In this document: positions 1-8,696 of the stretch, piece by piece
Layout: the number at the start of each line of letters is the position of its first letter
Position numbering within the stretch: the first letter of the stretch is position 1
Assembly: GCA_963665815.1 (NCBI GenBank)
Contig: OY762463.1
Span: forward strand, 864,001 to 928,000
Length of the DNA: 64,000 bases
From: Candidatus Cloacimonadales bacterium
Lineage (GTDB): Bacteria; Cloacimonadota; Cloacimonadia; Cloacimonadales; JAIOQZ01
Direction of reading: 5' to 3'
Notes under the pieces: model-generated
What the model saw: the letters and a program-made list of their open reading frames with translations, nothing else
Told to the model about the DNA's origin: nothing
Database searches by the model: none
Made by a program: the position numbers and the translations under genes

Positions 1-348
1 TCAATTGACAAGATAGACTCATTGTCGGTCCCGATGAAGAAGAAGTATTTTCTTAAGGGAAAAGGAGATTCAGCAGGATTTGTTAAAGTGAAGAAAGATC
101 TTATTGATCCTATTGAGTACAGAAGAATAAATCTCATCGAAAATAATGCTTTTCAAAAAAAGTTTGATATAATTTTTTGTAGAAATGTAATGATATATTT
201 TGATTCGCAGACAAAGAACAGCATTGTTAAAAAGTTTGAAACACATCTTAAAGACGGAGGATACCTGTTCATAGGGCACTCAGAATCGTTAAATGGTTTA
301 GACCATAATCTGAAGTACATTGCCCCTGCGATCTACAGGAAAACTTAA
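1..348 (+). CDS. cheR: Chemotaxis methyltransferase CheR, C-terminal part (5' truncated by window)
   Basis: FDIIFCRNVMIYFD and GGYLFIGHSESL motifs; frame open from base 1. Confidence 0.95.
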   Translation, partial: SIDKIDSLSVPMKKKYFLKGKGDSAGFVKVKKDLIDPIEYRRINLIENNAFQKKFDIIFCRNVMIYFDSQTKNSIVKKFETHLKDGGYLFIGHSESLNGLDHNLKYIAPAIYRKT

Positions 349-833
349 TGGCTATACATGATGTTGTCGAAAATAAATATTTGATTAAGCCCGGATATCT
401 TGTTATTTATAAGGAAGACCTCCACGTATATGGAGTGCTTGCTTCCGGTGTCTTCGTTGCTTTATGCGATGAGCGAAAGAAATACTCAGGCTGCTGTTTC
501 TATCTTTACCCAAATTCATACAAATCCAAAGATACGCCTAAATATGGTGATATTGCTGTAAGTCATCTCATTTCCAAGATGAAAAAGGAAGGATCATCGT
601 TATCTGATATTAAAGCTCATGTTATCGGTGGTTCTATTAATGATAAAAATGACTATGGGAAAAAAAATACAGATAAGGCAATTGAACTGCTGAAGCGAAA
701 CAATATTGAAGTTCATTCTGAAGATACCGGAGGGAGACTTGCCAGAAAATTCATTTATCATACAAAAACCGGAGAAAGTATGGTAATGAAGGTTCACAAT
801 GTCAGAAAGAAAGACTGGTATCCATACTGTTAG
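348..833 (+). CDS. CheD-like protein with degenerate active site
   Basis: IKPG, AHVIGG and EDTGGRLARKF motifs; GSC catalytic Cys replaced (LASGVFV) and catalytic His absent (GCCFYLY). Confidence 0.8.
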   Translation: MAIHDVVENKYLIKPGYLVIYKEDLHVYGVLASGVFVALCDERKKYSGCCFYLYPNSYKSKDTPKYGDIAVSHLISKMKKEGSSLSDIKAHVIGGSINDKNDYGKKNTDKAIELLKRNNIEVHSEDTGGRLARKFIYHTKTGESMVMKVHNVRKKDWYPYC

Positions 834-976
834 AAAGCTCTACTTAATAGTCAAAACGTATGTTTCACAATATGAGACAAACTTAAAGATATATATACTT
901 CCTCATCAGCAATAATTATTTGCTTTTTTGCACAGTTAGTTTAGATTTTAGATTAAATAACAATACAGGATGAGTT

Positions 977-1459
977 ATGGCAAAATACGTAGTCGTAAAC
1001 ATTGCAGACATGAAAATTTCTAATAAACCGGAAGACACACTCATCACATATTCATTAGGTTCATGTATTGCTGTTGTACTTTATGATCCACGCACTCGAA
1101 ACGGAGGAATGATACACATCATGCTTCCTGATTCAAAAATTGAGAGAGACAAATCAAAGATAATACCATATAAATATGTTGACACAGGTATTCCTTTACT
1201 GTTTAAATCATTATTTAAGATGGGATCAAAAAGAAACAGTATTGTCGTCAAAGTAATAGGCGGCAGCAACGTAATGGATAAAAATAAATTTTTTAATATT
1301 GGAGAAAGAAATTATGCAGCAGTACGTAAAATACTGTGGCGTAATAACATTATGATTTCAGCAGAAGATGTTGGCGGTAGTAAAAGCAGAACAGTAAAAC
1401 TTTTTTTGGATACAGGCAAAGTAGTTGTTTCAAATACTAAAGAGGAGTATGAAGTATGA
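977..1459 (+). CDS. cheD: Chemoreceptor glutamine deamidase CheD
   Basis: LGSCIAV, GMIHIMLP, KYVDTG, IGERN and EDVGG motifs. Confidence 0.95.
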   Translation: MAKYVVVNIADMKISNKPEDTLITYSLGSCIAVVLYDPRTRNGGMIHIMLPDSKIERDKSKIIPYKYVDTGIPLLFKSLFKMGSKRNSIVVKVIGGSNVMDKNKFFNIGERNYAAVRKILWRNNIMISAEDVGGSKSRTVKLFLDTGKVVVSNTKEEYEV

Positions 1460-2292
1460 TTAAGATGTCAGATGTTATTGCGGACATTGAATTCCTTCCT
1501 CCATTTAGTAAGGTAGCTCAAAAAGCTCTTGAATTATTGAGAGAAAAAGACTTTACGATGAAAATGCTTGCCGAAATAATCATGTATGATGCAGCTCTTA
1601 CAGCTAATATTCTAAAAGTTGCCAACTCAGCAGCTTATACAAAGCATAATGAAGTAAACGATCTCCAAACTGCAATTTCCCTCATCGGATCAAAAGAGAT
1701 CAGTTCAATCATCATGATATCGGCCGCAAAAAAATACTTTGAGAATCAAATGGCAGGATATGAGATGTTTCAGGGAGAAATCTGGGAGCATTCACTTGCA
1801 GTTGCAATTATAAGCCAAAATCTACAGCATCTTGAACCCGGAATAGACAGTTCGGTATTGTATACGTCTGCATTACTCCATTCAATTGGAAAAATCGTTC
1901 TGAGCCAATATGTTCAAAAGGATATTGAACTTGTAAATGATCTTGCGTCTGAGGATTCATTCGACTTTATCACAATTGAGAGAAAAGTAGTTGGATTTAC
2001 TCATCCGGTTGTAGGCTCGGCTATCCTGAAAAAATGGAATTTTTCCCAGACAATCAGTGATGTTGCAAAATATTACAAAGAGCCGCATAAGTGTGACAGT
2101 CCCTATGTAAGACTTGTTGCCCTGGCAGACCATATTGCTGTGTTGATTGGGAAAACATCTCAGCGCGACGGATTGCAGTATAAAGGTTGCTCTGAATTAT
2201 TTGTAAAATACAATATCAAAAGCAGAGATCTGGATAACATTATATCTGCTTCAGTTGATAAAATAAATGAATTGATAGAAAGTTTTAAGTAA
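1456..2292 (+). CDS. HDOD domain protein
   Basis: LPPF, D-x-ALTANILKVANSA, WEHSLAVA, LLHSIGK and HPVVG...KWNF motifs. Confidence 0.9.
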   Translation: MIKMSDVIADIEFLPPFSKVAQKALELLREKDFTMKMLAEIIMYDAALTANILKVANSAAYTKHNEVNDLQTAISLIGSKEISSIIMISAAKKYFENQMAGYEMFQGEIWEHSLAVAIISQNLQHLEPGIDSSVLYTSALLHSIGKIVLSQYVQKDIELVNDLASEDSFDFITIERKVVGFTHPVVGSAILKKWNFSQTISDVAKYYKEPHKCDSPYVRLVALADHIAVLIGKTSQRDGLQYKGCSELFVKYNIKSRDLDNIISASVDKINELIESFK

Positions 2293-2307
2293 CAGGAGAT
2301 TGAGCAT

Positions 2308-2733
2308 ATGCCATATAATATATTAGTTGTTGATGATTCAAGATCACTCAGAAAAGTTCTTATCAAAACAATCCGCATGTGTCATATTGGAGATACATCT
2401 TTCCTGCAGGCTGCCAATGGCAAAGAAGCTCTGGAAATTCTAAACCATGAATGGGTGGATGTAATATTCTCAGATATTAACATGCCGGTAATGGATGGAT
2501 ATGCTTTTATTGAAGAAGTGAGAAAAAATGATGTTTTTGCTCAAACTCCCATAATTGTAATAACATCAGAAACCAGACGCGATGAAATGGAATCGGTATT
2601 AGCCGGCAAAATTGCCGGAATTGTATCCAAACCTTTCAGACCCGAAGATATAAAACAATACTTAAACGAATTACTACATTTGGAGGAAGAATCATATGAG
2701 TATGATGACGAACCTGAGGGATTTGATTTCTAA
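2308..2733 (+). CDS. CheY-like single-domain response regulator
   Basis: VVDDS, DINMPVMDG and KPF motifs. Confidence 0.92.
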   Translation: MPYNILVVDDSRSLRKVLIKTIRMCHIGDTSFLQAANGKEALEILNHEWVDVIFSDINMPVMDGYAFIEEVRKNDVFAQTPIIVITSETRRDEMESVLAGKIAGIVSKPFRPEDIKQYLNELLHLEEESYEYDDEPEGFDF

Positions 2734-3118
2734 AGTTCTTGAAGAAATGTTTTTCATGATTGAGGAAACTCCTCCTGATGATACATCTGAAAATTATCAG
2801 TATGAGTCAGTTATTGATGATCCTTTTTTTACGATAAAAATACTTTTAGGCAAAGAACTTGCCATGGAAATTACGACAAATTTCCTGGGGATGGAAGACG
2901 ATATAGAAGAAGAAGATATCCATGATTGCCTGAAAGAAATAGTCAATATGTTTGCAGGTAACTTTATTGGAGATTATTACCCACAGCATGATAAACTCAT
3001 TCCAATTCCCGAAACAACACATATTGAGAATTACAACGTAGAAAATTATAAAGACTTTGAGTCTACTGTATTCTACTATGACAGTAAACCTTTAAAACTT
3101 TTACTTAAAGAGAAATAA
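2696..3118 (+). CDS. CheX/CheC-like phosphatase
   Basis: D-x-LKEIVNMFAGN (E-x2-N) motif; position between cheY-like and cheB. Confidence 0.75.
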   Translation: MSMMTNLRDLISKVLEEMFFMIEETPPDDTSENYQYESVIDDPFFTIKILLGKELAMEITTNFLGMEDDIEEEDIHDCLKEIVNMFAGNFIGDYYPQHDKLIPIPETTHIENYNVENYKDFESTVFYYDSKPLKLLLKEK

Positions 3119-4149
3119 TGCGAAAAATCAGAGTTATAGTTGTTGATGACAGTGCCGTTGTAAGGCGGTCATTATCCCAGTTGATAAATAATGAACCGGA
3201 TATGGAAGTTATTGCTACAGCCCCCAATCCATATCTTGCAAGAGATAAAATTGTTGAGCTCAAACCGGATGTAATGACTTTGGATATTGAAATGCCGAGA
3301 ATGGATGGTATTACCTTCCTTGGAAAAGTCATGCATTATTTCCCCATTCCAACAGTCATTGTGAGTTCTGTTACCAAAAAAGGATGCCGTGTTTCAATGA
3401 GAGCACTTGAGATAGGAGCTGTAAGCGTTGTACCAAAACCATCCGAAGCATATTCTATCGAATCTATTGAAAATGATCTACTTATGGCTGTAAGATCTGC
3501 TTCAAGGGCTGTTATCAGGAAAAAGAGAAAAGTAGAAGCAATTACACCGGCACAAGATCTGCAAATTACTACAACAAACAAAATCATTGCCATTGGTGCA
3601 TCAACCGGTGGAACGGAAGCAATAAAAGAAGTACTTACAAGACTTCCCGGTAATTCTCCTGGAATTGTTATCGTGCAGCATATGCCTCCCGGATTCACTG
3701 CAGCATACGCAGAAAGACTTAACGGAATATGCAAAATGGAAGTGAAAGAAGCTCAGAACGGAGATGTTTGCAGACCCGGTGTTGCTTTACTTGCTCCCGG
3801 AGATTATCACATGGTACTCCGTAGAGTTGGTGCAAGGTATACGGTGAAAACCAAAAAAGGTCCAAGAGTATGGCATCAGAGACCTGCTGTTGATGTTCTG
3901 TTTAACTCTGTAGCAGAACACTCCGGTGTTAACTCTGTCGGTGTTCTGTTAACCGGTATGGGAAAAGATGGTGCAGACGGCTTGATGAAAATGAAAGAAA
4001 TGGGTTCAAGAACAGTCTGTCAGAATGAGGAATCCTGCGTTGTATATGGAATGCCGAGAGCTGCAGTTGAAATAGGTGCAGCAGACTATGTTGATGACTT
4101 GTATAAGATTTCTGACAGAGTTATCAAACTTCTTAAGCAGATTAAGTAA
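3118..4149 (+). CDS. cheB: Chemotaxis methylesterase CheB
   Basis: Receiver domain plus GASTGG, VQHMP and LTGMGKDG motifs. Confidence 0.97.
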   Translation: MRKIRVIVVDDSAVVRRSLSQLINNEPDMEVIATAPNPYLARDKIVELKPDVMTLDIEMPRMDGITFLGKVMHYFPIPTVIVSSVTKKGCRVSMRALEIGAVSVVPKPSEAYSIESIENDLLMAVRSASRAVIRKKRKVEAITPAQDLQITTTNKIIAIGASTGGTEAIKEVLTRLPGNSPGIVIVQHMPPGFTAAYAERLNGICKMEVKEAQNGDVCRPGVALLAPGDYHMVLRRVGARYTVKTKKGPRVWHQRPAVDVLFNSVAEHSGVNSVGVLLTGMGKDGADGLMKMKEMGSRTVCQNEESCVVYGMPRAAVEIGAADYVDDLYKISDRVIKLLKQIK

Positions 4150-4187
4150 TTTCCTTGTAATCTTAAGTCACATGAATTTTCCTCAGC

Positions 4188-4760
4188 ATGAGTATTAAAG
4201 TTCTTCCATACGACAATAAATGGAATAAGGAGTTCATTCTTCTTAAGAATTTTCTGCAAGATAAAATCAATTTTAAAGGAATAGATATCCAGCATATTGG
4301 CAGCACTTCCGTAGAAGGTTTATGGGCAAAGCCAATAATTGACATAGATATAATTGTAGAGAAAGAAAATGAAAAACTCTCAGTTATTAACGATTTAGTA
4401 CATATTGGATACAATCATCTTGGAAATCTCGGAATTATTGGCAGAGAAGCATTTAGACTCAAGATAGAGCAAGCCCATTTTTTTTTTGGAAAACTCCAGT
4501 TCAAGCATAATCTCTACCTCTGCAAAAGAGGAATCTTGAGTTTGGAAAATCACTTGAGATTCAGAGATTACTTACGATTGCATCCTGAAGAATGCATGCA
4601 ATACAGTGAATTGAAAAGAAAGCTGGCAGCTAAATATCCTACCGATATAAACTCATATACTGAGGCAAAAACTGAATTCATAACCAGAATACTCAATGAA
4701 ACAGGAATATCAGTACTGGACATCATAGATATTACTTGCCAGAATAAAGTAAACTTATAA
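4188..4760 (+). CDS. GrpB/UPF0157 family nucleotidyltransferase-fold protein
   Basis: HIGSTSV, AKPIIDID and FRDYLR motifs. Confidence 0.9.
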   Translation: MSIKVLPYDNKWNKEFILLKNFLQDKINFKGIDIQHIGSTSVEGLWAKPIIDIDIIVEKENEKLSVINDLVHIGYNHLGNLGIIGREAFRLKIEQAHFFFGKLQFKHNLYLCKRGILSLENHLRFRDYLRLHPEECMQYSELKRKLAAKYPTDINSYTEAKTEFITRILNETGISVLDIIDITCQNKVNL

Positions 4761-4778
4761 GAAATTTGTGAGGACTAA

Positions 4779-5597
4779 ATGAAAAGAAAAATTTACATAT
4801 CATTTGATTTTGAAGGACTCGGTGGAGTAACAAACTGGAAGGAAACATTTGATAACGAGAGATTCAACAGGCTTGCAACGGAACAGATTAACGTTTTCGT
4901 TGAAGGAATTCTTGAAAAACATCCAGATGCAGTAATTGTTCTTTGCGACTCCCATAGCAAAGGGCAAAATATTATCTGGGAACAGCTTAATCCTGCAATA
5001 ATATTGATAAAAGGTTATCCCAGAGTTTACTATATGGTTGAAGGACTTGATGAAACATTCACAGACTTCGTTTTGTTTGGCTACCACTCCCCTATTGGAA
5101 AAAAAGGGAACATGGATCACTCATACTCTGCTTCATCTATCCACAATATCACTGTCAATGGCAAAACTGTCGGTGAAGCTGAGATAAATACATTAGTAGC
5201 ATCTTACTACAATGTTCCACTCAGATTCTTTTATGCGGATTCGGATGCCGTGGCCTGGATGAATAACACCACTTCTGACAGAATTGATTATCTTGTGTCA
5301 AAGTATCCCATTTCTAGATTTTCTGCAGGTCTAATTCCATATGAGAAAAACCTTAATAATCTAAGAGATGCAGGGAAAACATTTACTGAAAGCCCCGGAT
5401 TTCTATATTCTGAAGCAGAATCCTACAAAATGACTATTGAACTTGCTGATACCGCAATTGCTTATGCTTGTCATGTAATTCCAGGAATAGAAGTTGTTGA
5501 TCCCAGAACTATCAGTGTTACAGCAGATAACCCATTGATAATGTATAAGTACCTAATGACTGTATTATCATGTTCAATTGCTGCTAAACATTTCTAA
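4779..5597 (+). CDS. M55 family D-aminopeptidase (DppA-like)
   Basis: SFDFEG, DSH, GYHS and HSYS motifs. Confidence 0.9.
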   Translation: MKRKIYISFDFEGLGGVTNWKETFDNERFNRLATEQINVFVEGILEKHPDAVIVLCDSHSKGQNIIWEQLNPAIILIKGYPRVYYMVEGLDETFTDFVLFGYHSPIGKKGNMDHSYSASSIHNITVNGKTVGEAEINTLVASYYNVPLRFFYADSDAVAWMNNTTSDRIDYLVSKYPISRFSAGLIPYEKNLNNLRDAGKTFTESPGFLYSEAESYKMTIELADTAIAYACHVIPGIEVVDPRTISVTADNPLIMYKYLMTVLSCSIAAKHF

Positions 5598-6419
5598 GTG
5601 TCAATGATTAATGAAAATACTTCTTCCCCATCTCTGGCTGTCCTTAAAGCCTTTGGCTGCAAACATAATCCTGTAAAGATAACTGGTGGGCAAAACCATA
5701 ATTTCAGATCCGGAGACATTGTATTAAAACCAGCAGTTGATAATGAAGAAACTAACTGGATTGCAGAATTTTATTTAAATACTGTTATACCCGGTGTGAA
5801 ACTACCTGTCCCTGTTAGATGCATGAATGGCGAGTTCATTTTCAATGGTTGGCAGGCATGGGAGTATATAGATGGAGAACATAATTTCAAAGATTGGAAT
5901 AAAATCATTGAGGTGTGTCTTAGGTTTCATGATGGAATAAAACATGTTTCCAAGCCTGAGTACTTCCCCAAAAGAGAGCAAAATCCCTGGGTAGTTGCTG
6001 ATAAAGCTGTTTGGGATGGATTAGAAATGAACTTTCATCCTATTCTTAAGCCACATATTGAAAAACTTGAATCTCTTCTAAAACCTGTTAGTGATGAACC
6101 TCAACTTATTCATGGTGATTTTGGGGGGAATGTTTTGTTTTCAGCCAACAGTAATCCTGCAGTTATAGATTTCTCACCTTATTGGAGACCTGCTCAGTTT
6201 GCGATAGGCGTAATCATTGCTGATGCATTTGTCTGGAACAATGCAGGACGAGATATTTTCAAGATATTTCCTTCTGAAAGTCTACTACAGTATATCATTA
6301 GAGCTGAGTTAAGAAGAGTTATTGAACTGGACAGATTGTATTACATGTATGGAGTAAACAAGTTGAGTGAAATAAATCTGCACACAAAATTAATCAATCT
6401 TCTAACTAAAATATCATAA
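5598..6419 (+). CDS. Aminoglycoside phosphotransferase-like kinase
   Basis: VLKP, QLIHGDFGGNV and IDFSPYWRP motifs. Confidence 0.85.
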   Translation: MSMINENTSSPSLAVLKAFGCKHNPVKITGGQNHNFRSGDIVLKPAVDNEETNWIAEFYLNTVIPGVKLPVPVRCMNGEFIFNGWQAWEYIDGEHNFKDWNKIIEVCLRFHDGIKHVSKPEYFPKREQNPWVVADKAVWDGLEMNFHPILKPHIEKLESLLKPVSDEPQLIHGDFGGNVLFSANSNPAVIDFSPYWRPAQFAIGVIIADAFVWNNAGRDIFKIFPSESLLQYIIRAELRRVIELDRLYYMYGVNKLSEINLHTKLINLLTKIS

Positions 6420-6533
6420 ACGAATACACTTGCTGCCAATGAAGTAACAAACGAAAAAAAAGCTTAAGAAAATTGACAAATTTCAATGAGAAGTTATTAT
6501 ATTTATAATTAATTACACCTCATTGGAGCAAGT

Positions 6534-8450
6534 ATGGACAAAACCTTTTTTGAATATTTCAAAAAAGAATATATCAAAAATGAAGAGCACAGAAAAATAA
6601 TAGAGTTATGTCATAAATCATCTGATTTATGTTTTGAAGACAGTGCTAAAGCCATAGAGTATGCAAGTCTTGCTTTGGACACTGCAGAACAACTTACTGA
6701 TCCCGGTCATCATAACTTTAACATTCTTGCTTTGATTTCAGTTGCTTATGCATATTGGTATCATAACAATCTTACAGTTGGTGAAGCTTTTGCTCAAAGA
6801 GCTTTGGACATGCATAATGACTCTTACAGAAATCATATCTGCGAAGGACGTATATGGAGTTTACTTGCATTGTTTGCTGCCCAAAAAGGAGAATGGTCCC
6901 TTGCATTACATCATTTTGAGAAGGCAGTTAAAACTGAGATCAATGAGTGTTGTGGAGAAAACTTCAGAATGATGCAGTTAAACAATCTTGCTGGAGTACA
7001 TAATCATTTGGGAGACCTGAAAGCATCATTAAAAATCATCGAAGAAATTGTTGAACATTATAAATCAAATAAAAACTGGCTGACATATTGTCAGGTTCTG
7101 TTAAACAAAGCTGTTGTCCTTCATAAATTGAATGATTTAGATAATTCAATATTCGCAATAAATGAAGTTTTGGATGTTTACATAAATGAAAATTTAAGTA
7201 ATCTGGAAATGAAAGGATTAATTTACAGTAATCTTTCTGCAGTGAAGCTGGATAAAGATCAGAGCGAAACTGCAGAAGTAGAGATTGAAGAATCCTGGAA
7301 AGTAGAAAACAAAATTGGATTTTCTCACCATCATTTTGATCTGATAACCAATACCGTACGCTCTTTGACGAGAAGAGATAGATTAGATGAAGCAGAAAAA
7401 CTATTTAAGGAGAATATACAGAAAGTTCAAGTTGAAAATTGTTTAAATTACCCAAGGCTCCTCTCTGCCGGAATAATCCTCTATAAGAAGTTGGGAGACC
7501 TTCAGACTATTATAGATCTGCAAAATGATCTTCTACAATTTAAAGACAGAAATTTCGATCAAGCTCTTGCTGAACAGCAAGCTAAATTCAACGCAATATA
7601 TGAGTTTGAGAAAAGTGAAAACGAGAAAGAAATATACAGAATCAAGAACATACAACTTGCTACTCTCAATGAAGAACTATCTCAAGTTAATGATGAAGTG
7701 TCATCACAGAAAGAAAGCCTGATGAAACTGAATGAGCAATTACAAAACATGATTGCAACGAAAGACAGAATGTTTTCCGTTATTGCTCACGACGTTAGAA
7801 ATCCCTTTCAAAATCTCCTTACAACTCTGGAAAGCCTGACTGAGCATTATGATTCATTTTCAGATTCAGAAAAGAAGAAATACCTCTTTAAAAGTAATGA
7901 AATGGTCCATAAGCTTATTGATTTTTTTGAGAACTTACTCGAGTGGTCCAGAATTCAAACAGATTCAATCAGCGCAAAATTCATAGAACTTAAACTTGAT
8001 AAAATTATTAGTGATGTATTATACTTCTCTGAAGATAAGATTAAAATTAAAGAATTGAGTATTATCAGAGAATATGATGATGATATCGCCATTTGCGGAG
8101 ACTATCATATGATGCATTCAATTATCAGGAATCTCATCAACAACGCCATAAAGTTTTCTTTTCCACGTAAAAAGTTGATTATAAGAGCATTAAAGTTTGA
8201 TGATCTCACAGAAATCAGTATAATAGATGAAGGCACAGGTATTTCTGAGGATAACATTAAAAAGATATTCGACCCCGATATCATGTTTTCTAAGAATGGT
8301 ACTGACAAAGAAAGAGGTTTTGGACTTGGACTTGTTCTGACAAATGAATTTATAAAGAAACATAATGGAACAATTAAGTGTATTAGTACTCCCGGCAAAG
8401 GAACTACAATGAAGATTAGAATACCTTGCTGCAGATTTATGATTGAATAA
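6534..8450 (+). CDS. Soluble TPR-repeat histidine kinase
   Basis: TPR-like N-terminus, IAHDVRNP H-box, NLINNAIKF, DEGTG and GFGLGL motifs; no TM segment seen. Confidence 0.92.
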   Translation: MDKTFFEYFKKEYIKNEEHRKIIELCHKSSDLCFEDSAKAIEYASLALDTAEQLTDPGHHNFNILALISVAYAYWYHNNLTVGEAFAQRALDMHNDSYRNHICEGRIWSLLALFAAQKGEWSLALHHFEKAVKTEINECCGENFRMMQLNNLAGVHNHLGDLKASLKIIEEIVEHYKSNKNWLTYCQVLLNKAVVLHKLNDLDNSIFAINEVLDVYINENLSNLEMKGLIYSNLSAVKLDKDQSETAEVEIEESWKVENKIGFSHHHFDLITNTVRSLTRRDRLDEAEKLFKENIQKVQVENCLNYPRLLSAGIILYKKLGDLQTIIDLQNDLLQFKDRNFDQALAEQQAKFNAIYEFEKSENEKEIYRIKNIQLATLNEELSQVNDEVSSQKESLMKLNEQLQNMIATKDRMFSVIAHDVRNPFQNLLTTLESLTEHYDSFSDSEKKKYLFKSNEMVHKLIDFFENLLEWSRIQTDSISAKFIELKLDKIISDVLYFSEDKIKIKELSIIREYDDDIAICGDYHMMHSIIRNLINNAIKFSFPRKKLIIRALKFDDLTEISIIDEGTGISEDNIKKIFDPDIMFSKNGTDKERGFGLGLVLTNEFIKKHNGTIKCISTPGKGTTMKIRIPCCRFMIE

Positions 8451-8598
8451 ATTAAGACAAATAATTGAAATTTCCAGATTCACTCAATATGCAGCTATAT
8501 AGATCTTTATAACAATGAATTACAATTCAAATATTTTCCAATTCAAATATTGACTTGTTTTTGTAATAACTTTTTCTTGCATTGTTACTACACTGAAT

Positions 8599-8669
8599 GA
8601 GACCTTTACATTATTGACTTATTGATGATATTTAGAAGGCTGAACTTTCACCCTATGCATAGAGGTCTC
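8599..8669. mobile_element. Short (71 bp) MITE-like element, probable family member
   Basis: Ends GAGACCTTTACATTA and TATGCATAGAGGTCTC resemble the inverted ends of the copies at 28135 and 34033. Confidence 0.5.
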
Positions 8670-8696
8670 GTAAATAATTTTCACGCAGGAGAAAAA

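Noticed and set aside
8599-8669. Riboswitch or sRNA hairpin before the second kinase
   Set aside because: The pairing is explained by MITE-like terminal inverted repeats; no known aptamer consensus seen
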